A stretch of 64,000 bases of DNA from Utricularia gibba. Lineage: Eukaryota > Plantae > Magnoliophyta. The stretch lies in NCBI GenBank assembly GCA_002189035.1, contig NEEC01000007.1:1240001-1304000 (forward strand). Direction: 5' to 3'. Under the pieces are notes generated by a model. That model made no database searches, was not told the DNA's origin, and saw only the letters and a list, made by a program, of their open reading frames with translations. The stretch's first letter is position 1. Each line of letters starts with the position of its first letter. Below are positions 24,155 to 35,484 of the stretch, one piece after another. The position numbers were made by a program, and so were the translations under genes.

Positions 24155-24474
24155 ATGGGTTGTGGAAAGGTTTGGAGTCTGGTTCTGATTTCTCCGGCGA
24201 GTTCTTCGATCAACGACGCTGCGGTTCTGTTATGGGTGAAAAGAACCCAGCTCCGGGATCCGGATGGGGTACTCGAAAACTGGAATGAATCATCTCCAGA
24301 TGCGCCGTGCAGTTGGACGGGGATCTCATGTGATCCACGCAGTCGTCGCGTTATTACCATCAACCTCGCCGGGGCAAATGCTCCCGGCGAACTTTTGTCG
24401 GATTAGTTCACTGAGGAACCTCGACATTTCCGCAGCGAGGTTCATGGGAACCGTCTCCTCTGATTCAATTTCGC

Positions 24475-24476
<2 letters not shown>
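24155..24476 (+). pseudogene. HSL2: 5' remnant of an HAESA-LIKE 2-type LRR receptor kinase, frameshifted and truncated
   Basis: DAAVLLWVKRTQLRDPDGVLENW...PCSWTGISC...VITINLAGAN, then in another frame LPANFCRISSLRNLDIS...GTVSSDSIS. This aligns with the recalled HSL2 N-terminus ([23 protein letters not shown]...PCNWTGITC...FCRIRTL). It ends abruptly at (TA)15, and the COX6a ATG follows about 120 nt later. Confidence 0.8.

Positions 24477-24506
<30 letters not shown>
24477..24506. repeat. (TA)15 microsatellite at the truncation point of the HSL2 remnant
   Basis: Read directly from the sequence. Confidence 0.92.
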
Positions 24507-24510
<4 letters not shown>

Positions 24511-24594
24511 ATTTATTATAAATATAATTATTAAATATAATATTTTGACAACATTTTTATTGCTGGGGGCTAGACGGCAATAGCAGACGAGAAT

Positions 24595-25679
24595 ATGGCG
24601 ACGGCGATCTTGAGATCTGGCATCCGGAGCGCTCTCCGTGGTGGCTCTCCGGCGACAAAGCGATCCTTCTCCTCATCGTCCTCTCCACAAGAAGAGGCTG
24701 GTGAGATCTGTCATCCACATTTATTTGATTGGGACAAATCCTTGTTGTATCTCATAATTTGGAGGCCAAGATATGTTTGATTTTTGTGTAAATGGAAGGG
24801 TTGTTTCATGAAAGTGATTCTTTATGAACACAATTCCTTGATTATGGGCTTCTTTAGTCAGTTATTTGAATCTGTTGTATCTCGGTGGATGTAGCGGAGG
24901 CTGCGAAGTGGGAGAAGATAACCTATGTTGGAATAGCTGCATGTACTGCTCTCGCGGCTTTCAATTTATCGAAGGGCCACCCTCACCACGATGAGCCTCC
25001 TGTAAGAATCTGACTTTTGAATTGATTTAATTATGTCTTGGTGAAAAAATTTCGCACCATGATGTTGGGGTTCTTATTCCTTATAATCAGCTGTGTTGGG
25101 TTTACATTTTTCGCCTTTTCGGTGTACAGGCGTACTCTTACTTGCACATCCGAAACAAGGAATTCCCATGGGGTAAGTTTCGCCAGATGCCAAATTAATC
25201 GTATGCTGTTTCTCTTCAGGTTTTTATTTCCTATTTGCCGCAGATTTAAGCCTGCTGCATTAAGCATTGTTTCGCGTAAATTTAGACCTGTAGCCGAAAC
25301 CCTGTCATTGAAATGAAATACTCCTGCTTGTGTGCTTTTTATGTTGAGGGATTGATAGAATGGCTGCCGCTTGTGTGAAAATGCATTGTTTAAAAGCTGT
25401 TACTAAAGGGCCTTGGGCTTTTTCATTTATTCAAAGTGCCTATGTTGGAGTTTACTCTCATTATTTGTAGACGCTTGATGTTCTTTTGATCGGATTGAAA
25501 CGACCTTGTTCTTTTCAACGTGCTTCATTATTAGTTGTTTCCTTCCGCTCTATCTTCGATTAACTGTTCTTTGATTGAAGATCTTGAGCGTAAACAAGAG
25601 CTTCTGGCCTTATGACCCTATCTTCTGTCAATTGACTTCAGGTCCTGATGGTCTCTTTGAGAACAAAGACCATCATTGA
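24595..25679 (+). CDS. COX6A: Cytochrome c oxidase subunit 6a, mitochondrial; 4 exons
   Basis: Presequence MATAILRSGIRSALRGGS, then exons AEAAKWEKITYVGIAAC...KGHPHHDEPP / AYSYLHIRNKEFPWG / PDGLFENKDHH*, all with GT-AG junctions. Confidence 0.95.
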
Positions 25680-27114
25680 TCCATCAACCATGCAAATGAA
25701 GTCTCAAGGAATAATTGCGCATCTGAAGACACCCGGAAATTCTACCAGTATGTCATGTTGGTGATACTTGGAGCTGTGAGTATTGCTGGTGTAATGCATT
25801 GTGAATGCTTGCTGCCATCTTTCTTCATCTTCCCCTACTTTTATGCATTTCCTGCTTAATCAAAGCCTATTGAGTCACTCTTCATAGTTTATTCAATTCC
25901 TTTGGTTTTTTTTGTTTTTGAACTCCAACAAATGTAACTAACCAAGGTACATGAAAAGCTTATCCCTATTTGCCTTTTTACTGAAAGCGTGCGCAGTTTT
26001 TGTCTGCAACCCCCTGGGGAATCAGAGAATCCCATAAAAAGACTGCACCTTTAATGAATTCTCACTGTTGTCCTTATACTTACACGAGCAAGAAAGAACC
26101 CATTGGATTCACACCACTTGAAACTACAAATTTCTCCAACTGATTCCCATGCTTCCAACAAGAAGCCCAACATGTATGAAAATGGGTTGCATGTCATCTG
26201 TAAGAGATGATCTGTGATTAGTTTGAAGCTCAACATTCATACATCTCCCAACTTCCAACACAAAACCTAATAGCAGGAACACAGGATTTGGACATGATGG
26301 ATTCCAAGATGTGATATGTCCCATCACCTGGTTCTAACCTCAGGGGATTGCTCTTGCAAGCTGCATTAACTTTGTTCCTCTGCACTAATAATCTGCTTCC
26401 TCCTCCTTGCCCAACCATCACCAAATCTTCAGTTTGGAAACAAGAATAAAAATGTAACCTTTTTCTTCAAGCAGTGTTGTGTGAGATAGTTGGAAAAGTG
26501 ATTTTGGAGAGGTGTTATAAAATGGTGACGTGATAAAGCTGAACTAATCAGCGCGGGGTAGCTGGAAAGCATAGAGATGACGGCAATTCGCTGTACAGAA
26601 GCGAGTGGAAGGAGAGAGAGATCACACACTTCTTCTTCTCAGGAGGTGCTTTACGATTAAAGCTCTCTCTTTCCTTCTCTGGGTCCCCTTTTCGAGAAAC
26701 CCAAGAAACTGCTGCTCTGTTACTCCTGCATTGCTTCATCACAGTTTCCTTCTAATTCAAGGAAACCGCCACCCTCCCCAGCTATCTTCTCCTGCAGATT
26801 TCTAGGGACCGATTGATTGAATGTTTTTGAATCTACTGCTGATGAATAATGATCTTTTCAATCATCCGATGGAATCATCAGGAATGAGCTCAATCTTTGA
26901 TTATTTGCGTGAAGTGGGGCTTGGGGAATCAAAAGAATCTCGTTGTACCAGAGGCATCATTGCTTTGTATTCATGTTTTAGGAAAAGGAAAGCGTTTAAT
27001 GCAAATGCAACAAAAATTGAAGCACCCCAGGCGCCCAAAACAATTCTGTTACAGTTACCCATAGCAGCTGCAGTAAACCAGAAAAGAGAGCTTTTTTTTT
27101 CGATTGTTTTTGTT

Positions 27115-27565
27115 TCATGGGTTGAAGATGAGATTGCCGCATTTGCATTTCCAGCTCATTGGCTTGTAGTTGGAAGCATCGTCGCCTCCTCTGGCGTAGT
27201 TGATGACTGCTGGCCCTGGAAACTTGCTTTTGAGTTGCGGGTTGGTCGGAACTTGAATCGCTTCACAGCGGCCGCAGGAGAAGCATCGCTCCTCGCATCG
27301 CGGCGGCCGTGATCCTATTTGCGATCTCAGGATCATCGCTCTCGTCTTCCGCCATTCGCCGCCTGATTGTTGCTGAAGGATTCTCCCTGAGCAAAAGAAC
27401 ACCACAAGATTTCATTTTTGAAACAGCCCATCTAAGGAAGCAGAGAAAGGCAGTAGAACAGGAGGAGGTAACTCACTCACCTTGAACACCGGAAACATAT
27501 ACTGCAACAGCAAGAAGAGAAATCGCGAGATGTCTGAGTTTGAAGCGGTTACGAGTGAAACCCAT
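27115..27565 (-). CDS. EPFL2: EPIDERMAL PATTERNING FACTOR-LIKE peptide precursor (EPFL2 type); 2 exons (intron 27387-27480)
   Basis: Exon 1 MGFTRNRFKLRHLAISLLAVAVYVSGVQG (signal peptide) splices in phase 1 to ...IGSRPPRCEERCFSCGRCEAIQVP...SNYKPMSWKCKCGNLIFNP. Confidence 0.92.
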
Positions 27566-29746
27566 TTGCCGTCACACCGTCGTGGATGGGGTATCAAAAG
27601 GCTAGAACTTCAGCCACACCCTGGTTCCAACTTCCAGGGAATGAGAAGATGGTAGATTTTACACACTACTCACGTTCGTTGATCTCTCAGGTGGATGGCG
27701 TTGTTGGTGAAGAAGGAGCTTTGGAAGCTTCAGAAAAAAGAGAGTAAACAGTGGAATAAATAGTGAATGATGACAGGCCAAGACCAAGATCAGCATTCAC
27801 GATGAAGAAGAAGCATTGCTTTGGGGAGGATGAGCCATCTGGTTCAGAGAGGAGCGAGGGAAGGAAAGGGAAAGGAGTGTCGACCAGAAGAAAAGGAACG
27901 CGACAAGAGGAAACCCAGGCACGAACGACCCACCTGACTGAGCACACTCCTAATTAATGCGCTTCCCTCTGCGCACTTGGAGTGCAACACAATACAAACC
28001 ATAAAAGAAACGGAATTTATTCTTCAGAGACCTGAGACGACGTTGAAGGCACATGAGATAGATCGCCTAAGTTTTTTAACACAAGCAAATTCACTACTAC
28101 CATTTATCGCAGACCTTCTTAGATGACTCTGAGTCTGAAACTACAGCTTTTATAATAGCTTACTCCATCACGTTTTTTTTAATGAAAAATGATAACCACC
28201 TGACAGAGGAGGATGGTGTATAGTAAAGAGTAACGACCATCCCCAGGCTGCACAGGAAAAATCAGTATGTCCGAGCTGAGAATCTCTGGTCTTAAATGCA
28301 ATGCATTTGTCGAATCTCTGGTATTAATGGGGTTTGTTTTGCAACTGGGCGGCTTTGATTCGGGTATTCATTGATTGGGTTTGTTGTATAACCGAGCTCA
28401 GTGCCCGGGCTACAAAGCTTCACCCTTGACTGTACAAAACTACAACAGAATACAATCCTGTTGCCGGCCGTGGAAAACAGTGGGATTGGAACCGAGAAAA
28501 GAAAGACAGGTGCCGGGGTTGTCCGGGGGCGCCGCCGTGGACAACCCACGAACAATTTACTCATTACCCAGCACCCTGGTCCTCTCTTTCCTGCAGCCTG
28601 TACTTAAATCATGCGCAGTTGACTCCATGCACACCATTCGCGTAATGACCTGATGATGATGATGTGTTGCCTCTCCATTTTGCAGTAGTGTTGCTGCTGC
28701 ACTGATACCTCACCGGAATCCTATTTATTATCCCACATTACGTTACAAGAGGTTTAGGATGTGAGATGGGTGCGCGGCTCACACGGAGGAGGAATAACCA
28801 GCCGGCTTAGCCACACCAGCAGCCTGTAACGTACGACACCCTGCTGTGTTTAATGAGGTGAGAAGGGGGGCGGGCCCCCCCTTTCGGAAAGGCGAGCAGT
28901 GGTCGGAGTTGAGTTGCAACTTGTGGATCAGAAGAGTGGCGTGTCGTCGTGTTTCTGCAGGAACACAGAGACAGTCACAGAGAGAGATACATGCGCCGCA
29001 ATTTGAAACTTCCTTCCAACGGCTTCACTGTCACACCCCTCCGCTCAGGCAAAGCCTACAGTGTAAATGGAGGGAGCTTTACTTTTCCACCTGCACATCG
29101 GAATTAGTAAACCGATCGATACTGATCGCCATTTTTTTTTAATTTTGTTACACTAAAGAGAAAGAGGAACAGGCCCAACCCGGGTGTGTGGGCAGGAGAT
29201 TTTGCAAAATGAATCTTCTTTATCCATTGAATAACCTTGGCTGGCAACCAGGTAAACTGAGAGATGCTCATGAGGGAACAGCATATCAAAAGGTGCTGAT
29301 ATATTACAGGAACCTTACATGCATACAAAGGCAGTGAGCAGTCAAGATTGCTATGTTCGGCACTAGTTTTATTGCCGCTCCATCCCCATATACAAAAAAG
29401 GGGAGCAACACCAGCATAATACTTGCTTCCCGGGTTAAATACAGGCAAGTGAAGAACCCTAAGATCAAGTAGTAGTTTTTACAAGGGAAAGAAAGATGGC
29501 ATACCTCAGGGCTTGAGGAATGCATAATTCTTTTTTTTTTTTTACCTACGCAGGAGGATGGATCTTTGCATGTTATTTCCAAGTCTGGGAAGAAGGCTGG
29601 CTTGTTGGCTGGCTAATAGACAAATCTTCACAGCTTATTCAAAATGTAAATGAGGTGATGAGCATGGGGGTGTGATTGAGGTGGCTTTGACCACGGGAGC
29701 AGAAAAGCTTTGGTCTCTTTTGCTTTCCTTTAGTTTTTGTTGTTGT

Positions 29747-32543
29747 TCAGTTTGAGTTCTGGGCTTCACCTCCTTGACTCAAGGAGACACCTGAATCTGA
29801 AGCAACATTGGCCTGAGCTGAATGTTGAATGCCAATCTGAGATCCTGGACCACTTCTTGAGAAAATTGAGCCTACAGAGGCACTGGAAGCATTCATTGAT
29901 GACATTTCAGGCGGGAAGGGATCGCTGAGAACGTCGGGCCTCAGGTCAGACGAGGCTGATGATGGGGCAAGAGTTGCATTTGCTGATCCGATGGGGTACG
30001 GAGCCACCGGCATGCCAGTGAGGGAAGATGCAGAAGGGCTATAGCTCAGAGTCCTCATAGGATGGTCAAATTTGCAGGAAGGGCCAAATTTGCATAGTCC
30101 ATTTTGTGAATAGTGGGAACAAATTCTTGCACCCTGAGAACAAGAGCAAGAAAGTACATAAATGTAAAGAAACACATCAGAGAACGTACAGAGTTATTGC
30201 TTACAGGACGCAGAGGCAGCCCCATAGGACTGAGTGTAAAATTGGCCTTTGAAGAATTCCACTCTGTTGGATGATGATATTTACATGAAGCACCAAATTT
30301 ACAGTCCCCATTCTTTAAATAATATTGGCATTCTGGTTGGCCGGGTCTCTCCGGAAATGCAGCTTCTTTTTGACTGCTGCTTGAGACACCGGCAGCAATT
30401 GAAATGTATGGCCCTGAGTATGCAGTTGCTGATGGGGATAAATGAGCAATCCCGTAGACGGGGCTGGCTCCAACGGTGGGCTGGGTACCAGGAGACGTCT
30501 CTGAACTAAGAGGTGCGGCCTATAACGTGTATTAGCTAGATGCATTTAGCAAATGGAATGTTCCGAGAATAAATAAGTTACATAATCAATATGAGCTTCA
30601 CCCACCGGATATGGCGTCCAAGGAACGGAAACAATACCCGAGGGAAACAGCAGTGACCCATAGCTTCCGGGAACATAAGAACCTTGAAGCATGGTAGGCC
30701 GAGTGATAGGCCAGTTTCCTTGGATTACTCCATATTGTTGAGAAGCTTGACCAGATGGCGCCTGGACAGCGGGAAAGATGGTTGGTGCAGACAAAGCTGT
30801 GGGAGTATCAAGGGATCCAGGAGCATGTTCAGGTACTGGCAGATGCACCCCTGAAGGCTGTGGGTGATGAAATTTACAGCTGACACCAAATTTACATATT
30901 CCTGTCTTTACATAATAAGAGCATTCTTTTTCTCCCTGCAAAGGATACATGTAACAGTTACATAACTAGTCCCCCGAATAAAATGATCAACATAAAATGA
31001 AATGATGCAGACCAGTCTTAAGGGATATCCACAAATGTTCAGGGTCACTGGGGCGGCTGAATGTTTTGGGGGGTGGTGATACTTGCAAGTGGCACCAAAT
31101 TTACATGTTCCGGTCTTCATGTAGTACTACAGATTCAAGTTGGGAAAAAGCATTATTGGAACTAATCCCAACGGAACAAAAAAAAAAAAAACCAATGTCA
31201 AATGCTTGCTTGACCAAATGACACTGTGGCATGCTCTGAAATAAATGCTTAATGTGGATGTGAAATGTAGAAACATGGAAAAAATGGTGACCCATACTGT
31301 GCAAGAAAAGGTTATTCGCATTTTCAAAGCATTGCAGGTTGTCTAAGAAGCTCTACAACATGAAAAGTATTTCCCAATCAATATTCCAATAAGATATCGC
31401 CACAATGCATAACAATACATAAAAAGAAGCACATACTATCCTGTCAAACAAAACAGTATGGATAACAGGATAGAACATTTCCAGTGAAAATAGAAAAATG
31501 AGGTGGCAGGAGGCCTGCAAATAGGAAGTAAAAAAAATATGAATTTCGTTTCACAAATAATACCTGACAGGTAGGTTGGCCAGCACGTTCGGGATACTCA
31601 CCTCCAGATCTGAAACTCCCCACTACCTATATATGCAGGCAATATTTACATATTCTGAACTAAGTAAAGACGAACCAAAAATGTTGGGTGATTCAGTTTT
31701 GAGTCCAAGATTTACAGCCACCCGGAAAGTCCTCTGAAGGCTAATACTATCTAATAGCGTTCATATCCACAAACCGGCTGCTATGAACAATATTCCATTC
31801 TATGGAGGACAAAAGTTTTAAATGATGCACTTACAAACACACGCTTAGGCTACTAGAGAGTTCTACTTGGTGATTACTAATAAAAGCCCCATTTTCCCCC
31901 ACAGTTATTAAGCAACTAAATTGAACTCAAGAAACCAACAGATACGGTAGCGGAGAGATATATCACTTTCTTTCACCATGACCATGATTCAACTAAGGAT
32001 CTGAAAATCCAATATCAATAAGGTTTGCAGTGGAAGCAGTCATGCATGCGACATTCAAATCATTGACTTCACAACGAATCCACCATGAAGCGAAAACACT
32101 TACGATGTTCAAGAAAGAAACTGCACTAAAGCCACACTTGACTCTACTGTTCAATCGACGATCCCACAAAATTAAGTACCAAAACATCCAAAACTGGTTA
32201 AACAGATAAAAAGATCATGACTTGTTTACCATACTACGGTCAGCGGGATGATTGAAACGGCATCGATTTCCATACCCACAAAATCCAGTCTTCAAATAAT
32301 AGATACAATCCGGCTCATCCGGCCTCTCCGGATACGCTTGAGGATACCCGCCGATACCCAATTGCCACATAGGCTCTACATTCACAAAATCAAAGCTACA
32401 ATGAGGATCAAGACCCAGAAATTGAGATGAAATCTGTAACAACCATCACCTTCAAGCCCCGTTTCACCACCCGGCGCCACCCATTCCTCCACAGGGTCCA
32501 TCGGCACACCCTCCATTGCCTTTGTCTCACTGTACCTCTCCAT
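29747..32543 (-). CDS. Tandem CCCH zinc-finger protein (five C-x8-C-x5-C-x3-H fingers; C3H58/C3H34/ZFN type); one apparent frameshift at 30460-30462
   Basis: [12 protein letters not shown]...TGLE / EPMWQLG...[30 protein letters not shown]. Further fingers: [40 protein letters not shown] and [25 protein letters not shown]. Confidence 0.92.
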
Positions 32544-32700
32544 GTCTTATTACACACCACACTCTCTCTCTCCCCGACCTCCCCGGTTCCAAAATATCTA
32601 CCCAGTACAGTATAGATTCCTTCACTGCACAAACTATTCTCACACGTAAAACGTATTTACAGAGCTCGCCGTAAGCGAAGATGAGGAAAGAGCGCGTGAT

Positions 32701-32720
32701 CCCCCCCCCCCCCCCCCCCC
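32701..32720. repeat. C20 homopolymer (G20 on the CCCH gene sense strand) in the leader region
   Basis: Read directly from the sequence. Confidence 0.9.
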
Positions 32721-34803
32721 GCGGCAGCGACGATCGCAAAACGGAAAAATTGGGGGAAAATTAAAAAAAGGAAAAAGAAAGGTAGAGAGTGTCCCTTCCC
32801 CTTCCCTTCCCCTTCCCCTCCCCTCCAATGGCAGAGAGGCTCCTCCAACCCCACCCCACCTCCACCCCCGGCACGCACTCCCCCTTTATAGATTCACCCA
32901 CACACGCACACAGTGTGGGTGCGTCCGTGCTTGCGTGCGTGCGCGTGTGGGCCGCGGACTTGGTGCGCTTTTTGTTTGCGGGCTATTTTATTTATTTTAT
33001 TTTATTTTATTGCGTAACAGCCACCCAGCAGCAGCAGCACTTTTCATTTATCGATCGTAACGTAATTAATTGTGTCGGTTATGACGGGTTTCGTTTCGAG
33101 GCAGCAACTCAACTGCCAAACCATACCCTATAAAATTAACAAATTAAATCAATCAATGAATGAATGTATGTATGATTCGTCACGTTCCGACCGACTTCCG
33201 TACGTCCCATTTCCCGTACCCCAAACTGCCCCCAATGCCCCAATTTTGCCATTTTAACTTTACACGATGAAGCATAAGTCGCATGCCACGACTAGCCACT
33301 CAAGAAAGACGTAACTTTTAGGATGGATGGATGTATGTATATAATAAAAAAGACATAAACTTTGATAATTCGGAAATTCGAAGAAAAAATAAGGTGCATT
33401 CGACATATCACGTAAATTGGTTTTATAATAATTGAACGAATCAATGCAACGAACAACTACGATAGAATTGAAATACAAAATACAACATTATAAACACAAA
33501 TATGGGAGTGAAATAAATAGATGAATTCCTATGAATTTCAAAGATATATCGATTGCAATGTATAGTAAGAATGACATTGATCATATGGAATATTATTATA
33601 TCTATAAGATTTTAAATCTAAAACCATCATTGTTCACTTTTCTACGTTTAAAAATAATGTAAGTACATATATTATTAAAAAAACATTATGTTATGATTTT
33701 ACAGATATCATCGAATTCATTATAAAAATAATGATATAGTACCAATATAGTTGAAGGAGTTGGTGTGTCGATATTATAATACACATCAAGCATTTGAGTT
33801 TATGGAACTTGTATGTACTCATGAGATACAATTTTAGCTCATTTGTCCAAGTTTCATGACTCTTCTCATTGGTGTGGTGCTCGCCCCCACGGCAACAACG
33901 TGGGGATGCATCCACACCCAGTCAAGTGGCTCCATCATTGGCACCCCCCCACGTCCTTTTCCAAGTATCCACTTGAGATCCTCTTGCTTTCCCTTCCCCC
34001 AAATCTCCCCACTCCCCCAATCATCACACACAAAAATGGAAAACCCCAAAAGCCACCCCCCTAAAAACCCCATAATCATCGTTTTCAAGGGGTAAATCAG
34101 GGAGGAAAAATTGGGGGTAAATTTGGCAGGTACTGTTGTTCCCTGCTCCATGTATATGAATTGAATTAGTGAGTGATTTGGGGGAGGGGAGGGGCGCTTT
34201 GGTAATTTCCATGAGGGTGGTGCAGGATGCCGGTGCGCTGGGGACAACAGGGACATAAAAGTCTATGTAGTGGCCAATGGGATGCCACCACGTGGTTCCC
34301 GGTGGGAAAAAAAAAACGTGTGATGAGACCACCGGCCACAGCGTTGGCGCTTGACTTTATTGGCGCGTGCAATTAATTGTGGGTGATTCCGGTGTACGAA
34401 TACCATCTACGACGCCTAACCCTGCTCATGACCCCTTCCAAATTATATAATTATTTTTTAATAAAATAATAATAATAATTGGTTATTGTTATTATTTTTA
34501 ATAAAAAAGTCGTAGGATGATGGATGTGAGGCCCCACCACGCCTTTTTTAGTTATACACTTTTTGACTTGACTCATGACTACATCATGATTATCATTATT
34601 ATTATAATAATAAAAGAAAAGATTTAATTAGAAAGAAAGATGGGCTCATTTTCTTTTTGGTTAATTTTATTGATGTTAATGGGCCCAAATGTTCAACGTC
34701 CGGCCCAGTGAGTTGATTGACCTAGCTACCAAAAAGTGCACGTGCCATCTACTTTGTGGGCCCGATGACGTGACTGGTTTTGTCAGCAAGGCGCTGGCTT
34801 CTT

Positions 34804-35484
34804 TCAGCCAGGGACTCGGTCCCTTACTACGGATGCGATTCTGGGTTCATCGCTGGGCACTCCCATGATGTAGCTGGTGACCGTGTTGCTGTCTGGAGCT
34901 GGGGCAAGGCTTGTAGGCATTTCTGAGTTCCAGAAAATGGTGCTGGTTTGTAGTGCATCGCGATTCATTATCTTGCTTTCTTGAACCGATCTTCGAGCGC
35001 CCAGAATGCTCTTGCTGGGAGCCGGCGCTGGGGATGTCTCGGGAACTCTGTTTCTTGTCCAAACCAGTCGTCTTCCGTTCTTTCCATATCGTCGAATTGC
35101 AGGAGCTGCTCGGTGATCCTCTCGTCGTCTTCGTTTGCCTCAAATTTTCCGCTCTCTTCTCCTTCCTGTGATTCCTCCTCACGGCCCTTCAACCCCAACA
35201 GCTGCTGTTCTATCTCCGCGTCAACCGGGTCCGGCCTGAGTTCCTGATTGGATTCTGGCTGGGGCCGGAGATCCTTCCGCCCAGCTTCAGGCCGCCAATC
35301 TGCTGAAGCTTCTGTGACGCCTTGGGGTTTTCGTGGAGGAGGAGGCGTTGTCCTGCAGCTGGTATACCAGCAAACTACAGACACAGAGGAAGAAAAAGGA
35401 CTGCACCACGTTCTTCAGCTTCATCCCTCTCCTCGGCCTTTGGGTTCTGCGAGGTGATTGACGAGACCGAAACATGACTTCCAT
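34804..35484 (-). CDS. Type-II single-pass membrane protein of the At2g22795/At4g37820-like family; intronless; three apparent single-base frameshifts
   Basis: MFRSRQSPRRTQRPRRGMKLKNVVQSFFFLCVCSLLVYQLQ matches the recalled family N-terminus (M.RQSP.RNQR.KG.KVKH..Q..LL..V..WL.YQ.KHSH). After one-base repairs it continues DKRLLLHENPKASQKLQQIGGLKLGRKDLRP..., an acidic tract, and ends at TGA 34804-34806. Confidence 0.7.

Noticed and set aside
24595-25679. Possible link of COX6a to the altered cytochrome oxidase known in some carnivorous Lentibulariaceae
   Set aside because: The sequence looks like an ordinary COX6a and the species is unconfirmed.
26040-26430. Several 60-67 aa ORFs on the minus strand downstream of COX6a
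   Set aside because: No recognisable homology or consistent splice structure.
26605-26680. GA/TC inverted repeat forming a possible miRNA hairpin
   Set aside because: About 14 bp of low-complexity pairing and no known miRNA.
28650-28710. C/D-box snoRNA-like TGATGA...CTGA
   Set aside because: The C box is part of a (TGA)n repeat, there is no terminal stem, and I recognise no rRNA-complementary guide.
32474-32492. Partial miR2118/482-like sequence CCACCCATTCCT
   Set aside because: It is the antisense of CCCH exon 1, is a partial match and has no hairpin.
34125-34255. miR408-like stem (CTGTTGTTCCC / GGGGACAACAG)
   Set aside because: Only about 11 bp pair, and the sequence does not match mature miR408.
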